The notes: generated by a model from the letters alone, not told the origin. Counted from the first letter of the stretch, positions 45,736-56,011 are shown. The stretch is DNA of 64,000 nt from Oligoflexia bacterium (GCA_028277945.1 JANQFH010000008.1:128742-192741), one strand, 5' to 3'. A program made the numbers and translations.

Positions 45736-47518
45736 ACTTCTTGATCTTACTCACCAAAGTACGACGGGGTACTTTGAGTAGCTGTGCTGCCTTGGTCTGG
45801 TTCCATCCCGTCTTTTGCAACGCCTGGAGAATGATCTGCCTCTCAAAGTTTTGCACCAGAGTTTTCATCTCACCCATTATCGTGGCATCGCCGCCAAGAT
45901 GGGGTTGTGGTTTGGGGGTGGCTGAACCTGCTGTGGGCAAGTGGAGGTTCTCTGGAAAGATGGTCTTGCCGGTGGTGATGACCACAGCGCGCTCTACACA
46001 GTTTTGTAGTTCACGAACATTGCCTGGCCAGCTGTACTGTGCCAGCAATTCTTTCGCAGCTGCAGCGAACTTCAGCTCAGGTTTTTGGTAGGCTTCACGG
46101 TAGTGATCAAGAAAGAACTCTGCAAAATGGGAGATCTCGTTGAGGCGTTCGCGTAGCGGCGGGATCTCCACGAGCATACCGTTGAGACGGAAGTAGAGAT
46201 CCTCACGAAATAGCCCCTTATCAACAAGCTGCTTAAGGTTCTTATTCGTCGCACAGATCACGCGGATATGCACGGCAATTTCTTCAACAGCGCCCACGCG
46301 GCGAACGACGTTTTCCTGCAAAACACGCAGCAGCTTAGCCTGTAATGAGTTTGGTAGCTCGCTGATCTCATCGAGAAAGAGGCTGCCACCGTGGCACGCC
46401 TGGATAATGCCAACCTTTGCCGTGCTCGCGCCAGTAAAGGCACCCTTTTCATGGCCAAAGAGCTCGCTCTCCAACAGCGCCTCTTGGAAGGCACCACAGT
46501 TAATCGCCATAAACGGACCGTCGACAAATTTACTCTGTTGGTGAATGGTCTGTGCCACCAACTCCTTTCCCGTGCCGGTCTCGCCTTGGATCACCACTGA
46601 GATCGGCGTTGGCGCAATCTGCATCACGGTTTTATAGACCGCTCGCATCTTGTGGCTGTGGAGAAGGATCTTCTCCTGAATAAACGAAGGGTGGGACCGC
46701 TGCGCGCTACTAGCACCGTAAGAGCTGCCGCTCTTACCCGAGAGGCCCTTGAGCTCCATCCATATGGGTTGCCGACTTCTCTCTATCAGCTGGTCACGGC
46801 TGTTGCCATCGTTAGGATAGGTTGCCAACCCTACTTTGAGGCTGTGGCGTATGTTGAGATGCTTCATCAACTTGTGGATAAAGCGTCGAGCCGCCTCAGA
46901 CGAAGTCTCCGGCAGTAAGAGTTCGAGATCCCGCTGTCCGTAAGTGGCGAGCAAGTCCATCATGCGTAACTTTTCAAGAACTTTACGGGTGATGCTGGCC
47001 ATATCGGTCTGCTGATCGCTAATGTGCAGCATAACAATGGTGAGGTTGCGCTGGTAACGATAGGCGCGGTCGATCTCTTCATCGACACGATAGAGAAAGA
47101 GGTCGTGGTTGGGAATGTTGTGCAGGCCAGATAGGGGGTTGTGCTTGTCGACCATGGTCAGACGCAGGGTGGTGAGGCCAAGTGAGACTTCATTACCATC
47201 TGCCAACAGCGCCTTTTTGATCAACTTGCCACCGATAAAGGTGCCATTGGTAGAGTCAAGATCACGCAGGACAATCGATGCGTTGGTGACTTTGAGTTGC
47301 AGATGGGTCCGGGAGATCTGCTCATCGTTGATTTGAACGTCACACTCTTGCGTCCGGCCAATGGTTATGCTGCCGGGGTAAATTGAGAAGGCTTGGCCTC
47401 GGTCGGGCCCGGCAGTGACGGTGAAAAAACCCACAGGTGTCCGCTGCAGCGCAGGTTTTGCTGCCTCAGCGCCGGCTGAGCCTTTGGACTTACGGAAGGT
47501 GCTCTCCTGTTTGGCCAT
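45716..47518 (-). CDS. Sigma-54-dependent transcriptional activator with N-terminal FHA domain and C-terminal Fis-type HTH
   Basis: FHA: GSITIGRTQECDVQINDEQISRTHLQL..STNGTFI. AAA+ sigma54-interaction domain: GETGTGKELVAQTIH, GAFTGA, LDEISELP. C-terminal HTH QTKAAQLLKVPRRTLVSKIKKF. Confidence 0.85.
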   Translation of the reverse strand: MAKQESTFRKSKGSAGAEAAKPALQRTPVGFFTVTAGPDRGQAFSIYPGSITIGRTQECDVQINDEQISRTHLQLKVTNASIVLRDLDSTNGTFIGGKLIKKALLADGNEVSLGLTTLRLTMVDKHNPLSGLHNIPNHDLFLYRVDEEIDRAYRYQRNLTIVMLHISDQQTDMASITRKVLEKLRMMDLLATYGQRDLELLLPETSSEAARRFIHKLMKHLNIRHSLKVGLATYPNDGNSRDQLIERSRQPIWMELKGLSGKSGSSYGASSAQRSHPSFIQEKILLHSHKMRAVYKTVMQIAPTPISVVIQGETGTGKELVAQTIHQQSKFVDGPFMAINCGAFQEALLESELFGHEKGAFTGASTAKVGIIQACHGGSLFLDEISELPNSLQAKLLRVLQENVVRRVGAVEEIAVHIRVICATNKNLKQLVDKGLFREDLYFRLNGMLVEIPPLRERLNEISHFAEFFLDHYREAYQKPELKFAAAAKELLAQYSWPGNVRELQNCVERAVVITTGKTIFPENLHLPTAGSATPKPQPHLGGDATIMGEMKTLVQNFERQIILQALQKTGWNQTKAAQLLKVPRRTLVSKIKKFAIKEP

Positions 47519-47558
47519 AGCGGGTTCCTACTATTGTACCAACTGCAGCAGTTTAAGG

Positions 47559-48812
47559 CTAAGGGGCGACGGTAAAGGAGAAACCCTGCTCCTCTAGAGC
47601 GATCATGAGTTGGCTGACGTGGTCTGGGCCGCGTGTCTCCACGGTGAGGTGGCACTGCGCACTGCCAATGGGTGTCCTGCTGAAGATCCGGTCGTGGTTT
47701 ACCTGCAGGATGTTGGCGCGATGTTGGGCGCAGAGATGAGCGAGCTGCTCCAAAGCACCTGGACGATCTGAGAGCAGGATCTTCAGACGTGAGAGGCGGC
47801 CGCTCTTGAGTAAGCCGCGGTCAATGATGCGGGAGAGTAGGTTTATATCAATATTACCACTGGTTAGGATGGCGACGAGACGCTTGCCAACAAACCGCTG
47901 GCGGTGCTCCAACAGTGCGGCCACAGATGCAGCAGCAGGGATTTCTGAGAGCATCTTGCCCTGCTCAAGAAGATGTAAAATGGCCATGTTAAGGCTCTCA
48001 TCCGTGACCGTAACGAGGTCATCAACATGCGTTGGAATGGTCTCTTTGGCGATGCTGCAGAGGGTGTCAAGTTGGTCATCCTGCAATAGCGTTGGGTCGT
48101 AGACATAGCCGGTTTTGTGATGATGGCTACCCTTGAAAAAGGCAAAAACCCTACTGCTGTGTTGCGGTTCAACGCCAATGATCTTGGTATCTGGGTAGAT
48201 CGATTTGAAGGCAACGGCCACTGCGCTGATGAGCGCTCCCGTGGTTACCGGACACAAGAGGATATCCACAGGCTCGCTTTGGAGTTGATCGCTGATCTCA
48301 AAGCCGATGCTGCCGTAGCCGGTGATCACCTGCCTATCCTCAGAAGGGTGGAGGAAGGGAATGCCTCGTGCCTGAGCGATCTTCTCCGCCTCTTGCAATG
48401 CCTCGTTGATATCGCTGCCCTGAAGAATGACATCGGCACCAAAGGCGTGAATGCTGTGTACACGTTGTAATGGCGTGGTAATCGGCAAGACCACAGAGAC
48501 AGGTATCTCTAAGTTTGCTCCGTGTCGTGCAGCTGCAAAGGCGCTGTTGGTATTAGGAGCCACTAGAACGCCTTCTTTGCGGCTGCGCTTGTCGAGGTTC
48601 AGGAGTGCGTGCAGCAGGCCACGGTCGCGAAAGGTACCAGAAGGTTGAAAGTTCTCTAATTTGAGCAGGACCTCAGCATTGAGGAGTTCACTGAGAAAGG
48701 CTGCTGGGTAGAGGGGTGTGATAGGCAGGTGGGGCGCAAGCAACTCCTTTGCTGTCCGAATAGCCTCAGCAGTTATGTGGCGGCAGGCTGCTGGCATGGA
48801 CAGAGACCCCAC
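47559..48812 (-). CDS. Threonine dehydratase (IlvA)-like protein with single C-terminal ACT-like domain, but PLP-binding Lys replaced by Arg and glycine loop degenerate (probable pseudoenzyme/regulator)
   Basis: Aligns to IlvA fold-type II PLP enzymes. Canonical S-F-K-x-R-G is TFRDRG here. Tetra-Gly PLP-phosphate loop reads CPVTTGAL. C-terminal ACT-like region LKILLSDRPGALEQLAHLCAQHRANILQV. Confidence 0.65.
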   Translation of the reverse strand: MGSLSMPAACRHITAEAIRTAKELLAPHLPITPLYPAAFLSELLNAEVLLKLENFQPSGTFRDRGLLHALLNLDKRSRKEGVLVAPNTNSAFAAARHGANLEIPVSVVLPITTPLQRVHSIHAFGADVILQGSDINEALQEAEKIAQARGIPFLHPSEDRQVITGYGSIGFEISDQLQSEPVDILLCPVTTGALISAVAVAFKSIYPDTKIIGVEPQHSSRVFAFFKGSHHHKTGYVYDPTLLQDDQLDTLCSIAKETIPTHVDDLVTVTDESLNMAILHLLEQGKMLSEIPAAASVAALLEHRQRFVGKRLVAILTSGNIDINLLSRIIDRGLLKSGRLSRLKILLSDRPGALEQLAHLCAQHRANILQVNHDRIFSRTPIGSAQCHLTVETRGPDHVSQLMIALEEQGFSFTVAP

Positions 48813-48976
48813 GCAATACGGTTTGCCCCCCCTTCTTCTCGGCCCTTATCTAACACAAAGGCAAAGATAACACAACCGTGTTAACCGATCGGTGATTTTT
48901 AATGTTTTAATATTGGTAGGTTATGTAATGAGCTGACCGATCGTTTGGTTGGTGTGGTTGGCGATCGAAACGATGT

Positions 48977-49681
48977 TTAAACCGCCTTGCTCCTCGTTCG
49001 GGGAGCCAGTTTAAACTGGGCCAATTTTTTTCGCAGGGTGTTGCGGTTGATCCCCAACACTTTGGCCCCTTGGACCTGGTTCCAGTTGCTCTTATCCAAA
49101 ACCATCTTGAGCAGTGGCCGCTCCAGCCGCGGCATGATCAATTGGTGGAGGTTGTCTAATGTGGTGACATCGAGTCTACGCAGCACATGTAGGAGCTTCT
49201 CTTCCACAAGTTCTTCCAACGAGAGGCTTGCCACCACATCTTTGGCTGCCCGCTGTTGTTCTGCTTTGCAGATTAGGCAGCTAAGTTGACCTTTATTGAC
49301 TGGTTTGAGTATGTAGTCGTGAACAACCGCCTTCTTCAAGTAAGGCGAGATTTGCTGCAACTGTGTTGACTGCAGCAAGATAGCGCGAAAACTACTTTGT
49401 GGTAGTGAGGCGTTACCGCCGTTGCTGAAATAGTTAAGATGGTGATAGTCGAAGACAACACAGTGGGGTTTTCTTTTCTTTGCCCACTTTACCGCCTCGT
49501 GATGGTCGGCTGTGTGTAAGAGATGATATCCTTGAGAGCTTAAGTAGTTGCGAATGTTTGCAGGAAAAACGTGACGACTAGCACATATAAAATACTTGGT
49601 TGCCAAGAAAAACCTCTTAAGGGCTGAAAGCGCTATTTTTCCTACTGCATTTTTTTTAGGGTTGCAATGAGAAATTAACAC
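48977..49681 (-). CDS. Fis-family transcriptional regulator with atypical receiver-like N-terminal domain
   Basis: C-terminal Fis HTH LDKSNWNQVQGAKVLGINRNTLRKKLAQF; N-terminal region lacks the canonical acidic DD pocket. Confidence 0.5.
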   Translation of the reverse strand: MLISHCNPKKNAVGKIALSALKRFFLATKYFICASRHVFPANIRNYLSSQGYHLLHTADHHEAVKWAKKRKPHCVVFDYHHLNYFSNGGNASLPQSSFRAILLQSTQLQQISPYLKKAVVHDYILKPVNKGQLSCLICKAEQQRAAKDVVASLSLEELVEEKLLHVLRRLDVTTLDNLHQLIMPRLERPLLKMVLDKSNWNQVQGAKVLGINRNTLRKKLAQFKLAPRTRSKAV

Positions 49682-49727
49682 TATTTTAATATTTTTTTAT
49701 ATAACGAAAATTTTTTGAACTTTAGCT

Positions 49728-50714
49728 ATGCGAACGGTAATTTTATCCACAGTAATTTTTCTTTGTTTTTATCTGTATGCCTGTGTCAGTAAGCACAATA
49801 CAGAACCACACAAGCAAGATGAGCTAACCGAAGTCGAACAGCTACAACTTGAGCTTGCAGCCATGCACTTTGACAACGGCGATTATGCACTAGCACGTAA
49901 AGAGTACATCCGTTTGATTCTTAACGATGACAGTGTTCAGTTAGGCGAACTAGCACAGTACATGATTGGTGAGAGCTACTATAGAGAGCAAGATTGTCCA
50001 CTGGCCGAGCGTTACTTCTTGCAGTATATCGTGCGTTACCCTACGGGTTACAAACGAGCCGAGAGCGAGGTGCGGCTGCAACAGTGCCAAGAGCAACGTG
50101 CTGAAGCTGAGCGTGTTTGGACCACGGCAAAGCTACGTCGGCTGCCGCAGAAGCGCGTGAAAAGACGACAGCCACGCCAACATATGTGGGGTAAGCCGTT
50201 TCGGACGACCTGGTATTGGGTTGTCGATGAAGCCGACTATGCCAGGAAGCATCTGGTGCCACTGCTTACGCCTACCGGCAGGGTTATCAAAAGGGTGCCA
50301 CGCCGTTTTTTGCGTCGTCTGCATGTTGAAGGTACCGGCCGGCTGCGCGATGGTCGTGTTGTCAACTGGGCAGCGCCTAAACGTTATGTCGTTGTTGATC
50401 GTAGTGCGCCGTTTGGATTAGGAGCGCAGGGCAGGGCGCTCATTCCGTTTCGGAGTGTGGCGGTCGATCGCAACTTAATTCCATTAGGTACGGTCTTCTA
50501 CATCAAAGAGTTTGATGGCGTTGCACTGCCCACGGGAAGGCAGCACGATGGTTGTTTTGTTGCCGCGGATGTCGGTAGTGCAGTGCGAGATCGTCATGTC
50601 GATCTGTTTGCGCCAGCCTATGAACAAGCACTGGCCGTCATGCAACAGGTGCCAGAGTGGGTCACTTTGCGTTCACCGGCAGCGCACTGTCGTCGCAGTT
50701 ACAGCATCCACTAA
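49728..50714 (+). CDS. Periplasmic TPR-containing protein with C-terminal 3D (MltA-like) domain
   Basis: Signal peptide; TPR-like YALARKEYIRLILNDD..GESYYREQDCPLAERYFLQYIVRYP; C-terminal 3D-domain signature FVAADVGSAVRDRHVDLFA. Confidence 0.55.
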   Translation: MRTVILSTVIFLCFYLYACVSKHNTEPHKQDELTEVEQLQLELAAMHFDNGDYALARKEYIRLILNDDSVQLGELAQYMIGESYYREQDCPLAERYFLQYIVRYPTGYKRAESEVRLQQCQEQRAEAERVWTTAKLRRLPQKRVKRRQPRQHMWGKPFRTTWYWVVDEADYARKHLVPLLTPTGRVIKRVPRRFLRRLHVEGTGRLRDGRVVNWAAPKRYVVVDRSAPFGLGAQGRALIPFRSVAVDRNLIPLGTVFYIKEFDGVALPTGRQHDGCFVAADVGSAVRDRHVDLFAPAYEQALAVMQQVPEWVTLRSPAAHCRRSYSIH

Positions 50715-51187
50715 GCGTGTTGAACAGCAGCCTCGCAAGAGCACTGTCCCATGTTCAAGTTGATACCGCAGTTTGGGCAGAGGCCTTTACAGTCTTGGCG
50801 GCAATGAAAGATCATCGGCAAGCTTAGAACCAGCTGATCGCGGACGACTTCGGCGAGGTCAATCTGATCGCCGTGGTAGGCCAACAACCCGTCGTCTTCT
50901 TCATCGATCATTGTCCGCGGCATACAGGTCACAGAGAGCGCCTGCTGCAACGGATAAGAAAACGTCTCCAGACAACGGTCACAGGTCGGCTGTAGTGCCA
51001 GTTCGAAGTTGCCTTTAAGGTGCACATGTTCCCGTTGTTTTTCGACAGAGAGCTTTACTTGAATCGCTGTCTGCATGGCTTGCTGTAAGCGATCATTGCT
51101 GCCAAAGCTCTGGCGCAATTTTTGCGCGTCGAGAGAGAAGTCAAGCTCGAGCCCGTCAATGGGAATGGTGCTGATTTTGAGCTTCAT
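50711..51187 (-). CDS. yceD: YceD/DUF177 family protein (23S rRNA accumulation protein); likely start MKLKIST at 51187 (track 51430 overlaps leuS)
   Basis: C-terminal CRQDCKGLCPNCGINLNMGQCSC cysteine cluster typical of DUF177; size about 159 aa from internal ATG. Confidence 0.7.
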   Translation of the reverse strand: MKLKISTIPIDGLELDFSLDAQKLRQSFGSNDRLQQAMQTAIQVKLSVEKQREHVHLKGNFELALQPTCDRCLETFSYPLQQALSVTCMPRTMIDEEDDGLLAYHGDQIDLAEVVRDQLVLSLPMIFHCRQDCKGLCPNCGINLNMGQCSCEAAVQHA

Positions 51188-51268
51188 GGTCTCCTTAACT
51201 AGCGCTACATTCGTCCGAATGTCAATCCGTTGGCTGCTTGACAGCCTGCGGGGGAGGCGAGAAGATGA

Positions 51269-53653
51269 GTGAGATTTATGGGTTATCCGTTTCAGCAGCT
51301 TGAGGCCAAGTGGCAAGCGGCGTGGGCCAAGGCGGATGTTTTTGCCGCGCAAGCGATAAGTAACAAACCAAAATACTACGTGCTGGATATGTTTCCCTAT
51401 CCCAGTGCTGCCGGCTTGCACGTCGGTCATGCCGAGGGTTACACGGCTACCGACATTGTCAGTCGCTACAAACGCGCCCAGGGTTTCAACGTCTTACATC
51501 CCATCGGCTGGGACGCCTTTGGCCTACCAGCCGAGCAGTACGCCATTGAGACCGGTATCCATCCTGAGGAGACCACCAACAAGGCAATTGCCAATTTCCG
51601 TAAACAGATGCAGCAGCTTGGGTTTAGCTATGATTGGTCGCGCGAGGTATCCACCTGCGATCCCAACTACTACCGCTGGACCCAGGCAATCTTCCTGCAA
51701 CTCTACAAGCGCGGCCTTGCCTATGAGAAAGAGGTGGCGGTGAACTGGTGCCCCGCCCTAAAGACTGTGCTGGCGAACGAAGAGGTTGTCGATGGCAAAT
51801 CCGAGCGCGGTTCTCATCCCGTTGAGCGTCGTCCCATGCGCCAGTGGATGCTTAAAATCACCGCCTATGCCGAGCGTCTGCTGCAAGATCTCGATAAACT
51901 GCACTGGCCCCAGCGCACCATCGATGCGCAGCGCCACTGGATTGGTAAGTCAACCGGGCTCCAGGTCGATTTTCCCATGGTCGGTAAGCAGCAGCCGCTG
52001 ACCATCTTCACCACCCGGCCAGATACCATTTTTGGTGCCACTTTTATGGTGTTGGCGCCCGAGCATCCCTTGGTGGATGAGATCACGACAACAGCTAAAC
52101 AGGGTGAGGTCAACGCCTACCAAAAGGCGGTGGCTGCGCGGTCCGATCTTGAGCGTCAGGCGAGCACCAAGAAAAGCGGTGTCTTTACCGGTGGCTACGT
52201 TATCAACCCAGCCAATCAAGCCAAGCTGCCAGTCTGGGTAGCAGACTACGTGCTCATGGACTACGGCACCGGTGCGATCATGGCAGTACCTGGCCACGAT
52301 GAGCGTGATTTTGAGTTTGCCACTCAGTTCAACCTGCCCATTGAGAAGGTCATTGAAGATGGCAAGGCCATCAACTCCGATCTACTCAACGGTCTCGATA
52401 TGGAAGCGGCTATCGAAAAGATCAACGCGCATTTACTGGCGCAAGGGGTGGCCCAAGAAAAAGTGCTCTACAAGCTGCGCGACTGGATCTTTTCGCGGCA
52501 ACGTTATTGGGGCGAGCCCTTTCCGCTCATCCATTTTCCGCAGGCGGGTATTCAGGCAGTGCCAGAAAATGAGCTGCCCGTGCTGCTGCCCGAAGTTGCG
52601 AGCTTTGCCCCAAGTGCCGATGGCCAACCGCCGCTATCGCGTGCTCCGGAGAAGTGGCGCAAAGTTAAACACCCGCAGCAATCAGAGACCGGCGAGCGCG
52701 AGACCAACACCATGCCCGGTTATGCCGGTAGTGCCTGGTACTTTCTCCGTTATACCGATCCACACAACAGCACGGAACCCTTCTCCTTTGCCGCACAAAA
52801 GTACTGGATGCCGGTGGATCTCTACATTGGTGGTGCTGAGCATACGGTGGGTCATCTGCTCTATGCGCGGTTTTGGCAAAAGGTTCTCTTTGATGCGGGT
52901 TGGGTCTCACATGAGGAGCCGTTTAAGCGGCTGGTACACCAGGGCATGATTCTTGGCGAAGATGGCGAAAAGATGAGCAAGTCGCGTGGCAATACCATCA
53001 ATCCCGATGCTGTGGTGGCGCAGTATGGTGCCGATACCCTGCGGCTCTACGAGATGTTTATGGGCCCGCTTGAGCGGGATAAGCCTTGGTCTAAAAAGGG
53101 AATAACCGGAGTCCACAAGTTTCTAAACCGGCTCTGGAACCTGCTGCACGATAACAGCGGCAACTTCCAGGTTGATGCCCAACCACCCGACAGCCAACTG
53201 ACCCAGCTCATGCATCAGACCATTGCTAAAGTCGGCCGTGACATCGAAGCGCTCAGCTTCAACACCGCCATCAGTCAGATGATGATTCTTGTTAACGAGC
53301 TGGTCAAACGCGATCAACGCCCACGCCCAGCCATTAAAACTCTGGTGCAGTGTCTGGCGCCATTTGCACCGCACTTTGCCGAGGAAATTTGGCAGCGCTT
53401 GGGTGAGAAGGGTTTTGTTGCCATAGCAGCGTGGCCGCAGTTTGATCCCGAGCTGGCCAAAGCGGCAACTACTAATGTAGCTGTGCAGGTGCAGGGCAAG
53501 ACGCGTGGTACTGTAGAGGTAGAGGCTGACTCTGAGCAGGCTGTGGTCGAGGCTGCAGCCCAAAATCTGGCTGCAGTCAAGCGTGCTATGGCCGAGGGGC
53601 CGATAAAGAAGACCATTTTTGTCAAAAACCGCATCATCAACTTCATCTTTTAG
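51269..53653 (+). CDS. leuS: Leucyl-tRNA synthetase (likely start at second Met, 51278)
   Basis: KPKYYVLDMFPYPSAAGLHVGHAEGYTATDIVSRYKRAQGFNVLHPIGWDAFGLPAE (HIGH-type motif region) and KMSKSRGN (KMSKS) with LeuS-specific editing-domain arrangement. Confidence 0.95.
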   Translation: MRFMGYPFQQLEAKWQAAWAKADVFAAQAISNKPKYYVLDMFPYPSAAGLHVGHAEGYTATDIVSRYKRAQGFNVLHPIGWDAFGLPAEQYAIETGIHPEETTNKAIANFRKQMQQLGFSYDWSREVSTCDPNYYRWTQAIFLQLYKRGLAYEKEVAVNWCPALKTVLANEEVVDGKSERGSHPVERRPMRQWMLKITAYAERLLQDLDKLHWPQRTIDAQRHWIGKSTGLQVDFPMVGKQQPLTIFTTRPDTIFGATFMVLAPEHPLVDEITTTAKQGEVNAYQKAVAARSDLERQASTKKSGVFTGGYVINPANQAKLPVWVADYVLMDYGTGAIMAVPGHDERDFEFATQFNLPIEKVIEDGKAINSDLLNGLDMEAAIEKINAHLLAQGVAQEKVLYKLRDWIFSRQRYWGEPFPLIHFPQAGIQAVPENELPVLLPEVASFAPSADGQPPLSRAPEKWRKVKHPQQSETGERETNTMPGYAGSAWYFLRYTDPHNSTEPFSFAAQKYWMPVDLYIGGAEHTVGHLLYARFWQKVLFDAGWVSHEEPFKRLVHQGMILGEDGEKMSKSRGNTINPDAVVAQYGADTLRLYEMFMGPLERDKPWSKKGITGVHKFLNRLWNLLHDNSGNFQVDAQPPDSQLTQLMHQTIAKVGRDIEALSFNTAISQMMILVNELVKRDQRPRPAIKTLVQCLAPFAPHFAEEIWQRLGEKGFVAIAAWPQFDPELAKAATTNVAVQVQGKTRGTVEVEADSEQAVVEAAAQNLAAVKRAMAEGPIKKTIFVKNRIINFIF

Positions 53654-53654
53654 T

Positions 53655-54665
53655 ATGGATTTCAAGAAGTTTCAGCAGCAGTTGAGTTCCACCTCGCAAC
53701 TACCGGGGTTGATTCTCCTGGAAACCCAAGAGGGTTACATTGCCGCGGAAGTGTTTAAAGCACTGCGAAATCATCTCTCAGACTGTGATGAAGAGCGCTT
53801 CTACGCTACAGAACTCGGCAAAAGTGCTGCCAGCACCCTCATTGCCAGCCTCAAGACCCTGCCGATGTTTACACAACGTAAGCTGGTGATTTTGCGACAG
53901 GCTGAGGCCTTGGATAGTCAGTCGGAACAAATGATGGTACAATACTTTAAGTGCGAGGAGGAGCCTGCAGAAGCCCATCTGCTACTGCACTACGCAAAAA
54001 TCCGCGCTAATGCCAAGCTCAAAAAGTTGGCCGAAAGCCAGGGGTGGTACATCCGCGCTCAATTAGAGCGACGACCGGAGTTTGCGGCGTGGGTCAAGCA
54101 GATTGCTGCAGATAAAGGGCTGCAGCTGAGAGCTGATGTGGTGCGCTTTCTCATGGAGTATGTCCCTATGGACCTCACCCTGATGGAGCGCGAGCTAGAG
54201 AAGCTAGCTCTCTTTGCCAGCGAGCGTGGTAGCATCGATCTCAAGGCGGTATCCGAGCTGGTCTGTGCTACCAACGTTGAGTCGATCTTCAAGCTGACCG
54301 ATGCCATTGGTGAGCAGCGTCTCACCACCGCCCTCAAGCTGCTGCGCAAGATGCTCGCCCAAGGAGAGTCGCCGCAGATGCTGTTGGCCATGATTGGCCG
54401 GCATATGCGCCAACTCTACCGCGCGAAGATGGTGGCCGATCAACGCATTTCGCGCCAGCTCGTGGCAGAGGGGTTGGAGACACACTCACCCTTTGTTATT
54501 GAGAAGGCATCGCGCCAGGCGCGTCGTTTTAGGCTGCCAGACCTACGTCGGGCCATGCAACGCCTGTACGAGGTCGACCGCCAGCTAAAGTCAACTGGTT
54601 TTGCTGCCGATATCTTGTTGGAACGCCTCGTTTATGATCTTGCCGCCAATCAAGGAGAATCGTGA
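53655..54665 (+). CDS. holA: DNA polymerase III delta subunit-like (HolA); ATG 2 nt after leuS stop
   Basis: About 337 aa helical protein immediately downstream of leuS (conserved leuS-holA neighbourhood), AAA+-like lid architecture; weak direct motif evidence. Confidence 0.6.
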   Translation: MDFKKFQQQLSSTSQLPGLILLETQEGYIAAEVFKALRNHLSDCDEERFYATELGKSAASTLIASLKTLPMFTQRKLVILRQAEALDSQSEQMMVQYFKCEEEPAEAHLLLHYAKIRANAKLKKLAESQGWYIRAQLERRPEFAAWVKQIAADKGLQLRADVVRFLMEYVPMDLTLMERELEKLALFASERGSIDLKAVSELVCATNVESIFKLTDAIGEQRLTTALKLLRKMLAQGESPQMLLAMIGRHMRQLYRAKMVADQRISRQLVAEGLETHSPFVIEKASRQARRFRLPDLRRAMQRLYEVDRQLKSTGFAADILLERLVYDLAANQGES

Positions 54666-54668
54666 GCC

Positions 54669-55970
54669 GTGGGCGCTGATTCTGATCCAAAAAAGCTGTT
54701 GATTGATGAGACAACCGGTCTACCTACCTTTCTCCATATTATGGAGGAGCTCGAGGAGATCCTCACCAAGAACCACTCGCTTGGTATGCTCTACGTCGAT
54801 CTTAGCTGCCTAAATCGCATTGAAGAGAAGTTTGGTACCTACGCCTACGAGCAGATCGTCCGCAGTATCAGCGAGATCATCCAATCCATGCGCGGCAACA
54901 TCATCCGCACCAACGATCTGATCGCGCTCAGTGGCGTGGGCACGGCCTCACCCATGATCTTTCTCTCGGAGCGGCGTACAGAAAAGGTCGACAGCTTTTT
55001 GACTCGGGAAAACGTTGAGGAGGTCAGCGATCGCGTCCAAGACTTCCTCTTCTCCAAGATCTTCTACCTGGTCTATCCTTATATAAAGGAGCGACCCAAG
55101 ATCAGCGTTGGCTTTTCCTTTATTGTCAACAACCCGCTGATTGCGCCGCGACGACTGATCTACGGACTCATTGAAGAAGCAAAACACATTGCCAAGCTGC
55201 AGCGCTCGCGTCTTGAGATCAAAAACAAAGAGCGGCTGCAGACGATCATCCTGCACGAAGACATTCAAACGCTCTACCAGCCCATCATCAACCTCGATAC
55301 CTTTGAGATCATTGGCTATGAGGCGCTCAGCCGCGGCCCTTTAAACAGCGAGTATGAAACGCCGGTGATGCTCTTTGCACTGGCACAGGAGACCGGCCTG
55401 GTTTTTGAGCTCGATCGCCTCTGCCGCAAGCGCGCCTTTGAAAACGCTCGCAGTCTCGATAGCGACAAGATGATCTTCATCAACACGCTGCCAACCACCA
55501 TTCACGATCCAGACTTTCGCGGTAAGTATCTGCGTGAGTTTCTCAAAGACCTTAACATCAAACCGGAAAACATCGTCTTTGAAGTAACGGAAAACGCCGC
55601 CATTGAGAACTACGCACTGTTTCGTGAGGCCGTGGAGTACTACACCAATATGGGCATCTCCATCGCCATTGATGATACCGGCACCGGCTACTCCACCCTC
55701 GAGTCGATCATTGAGATCAAGCCGCACTACTTGAAGTTTGATATTGCCATGGTGAAGAACATCGATAAGAGTGTGCTCAAACGGGAGCTGCTCAAGGCGC
55801 TTATTAATGTGGCAAATCATATCAACGCCACCGTGATTGCCGAGGGTGTGGAGACCCAGGGAGAGCTCAATGCGCTTCGTCAGCTCGGCGTCAAGGTCGG
55901 CCAAGGGTTTTTGTTTGCCCGCCCCGGTCCTGCCTTTCCCAAAGTAGAGCCCCAGTTTAGACAGACTTGA
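54669..55970 (+). CDS. Degenerate-GGDEF / EAL domain protein (c-di-GMP phosphodiesterase-like), GTG start
   Basis: EAL domain: YQPIINLDTFEIIGYEALSRGP, ..DDTGTGYS.., KFD..K, EGVET. N-terminal GGDEF-like region lacks the GG(D/E)EF motif (reads SGVGT). Confidence 0.75.
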   Translation: MGADSDPKKLLIDETTGLPTFLHIMEELEEILTKNHSLGMLYVDLSCLNRIEEKFGTYAYEQIVRSISEIIQSMRGNIIRTNDLIALSGVGTASPMIFLSERRTEKVDSFLTRENVEEVSDRVQDFLFSKIFYLVYPYIKERPKISVGFSFIVNNPLIAPRRLIYGLIEEAKHIAKLQRSRLEIKNKERLQTIILHEDIQTLYQPIINLDTFEIIGYEALSRGPLNSEYETPVMLFALAQETGLVFELDRLCRKRAFENARSLDSDKMIFINTLPTTIHDPDFRGKYLREFLKDLNIKPENIVFEVTENAAIENYALFREAVEYYTNMGISIAIDDTGTGYSTLESIIEIKPHYLKFDIAMVKNIDKSVLKRELLKALINVANHINATVIAEGVETQGELNALRQLGVKVGQGFLFARPGPAFPKVEPQFRQT

Positions 55971-56011
55971 TTGACCAATCCACTTTGTCTCGCCATAATC
56001 CCTCTCGGTTT

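Noticed and set aside
50711-51430. Track start of yceD at 51430 (239 aa) overlapping leuS by 160 nt
   Set aside because: DUF177 proteins are about 160-180 aa; internal ATG at 51187 (MKLKIST) gives the expected size and removes the overlap; the N-terminal 81 aa of the long version are Arg/Ser-rich and non-conserved.
51405-53116. Multiple 60-225 aa ORFs in other frames over leuS (e.g. 52272-52949, 51950-52297)
   Set aside because: leuS is unambiguous (HIGH/KMSKS and full-length homology); overlapping-frame ORFs are artefacts of GC-rich coding.
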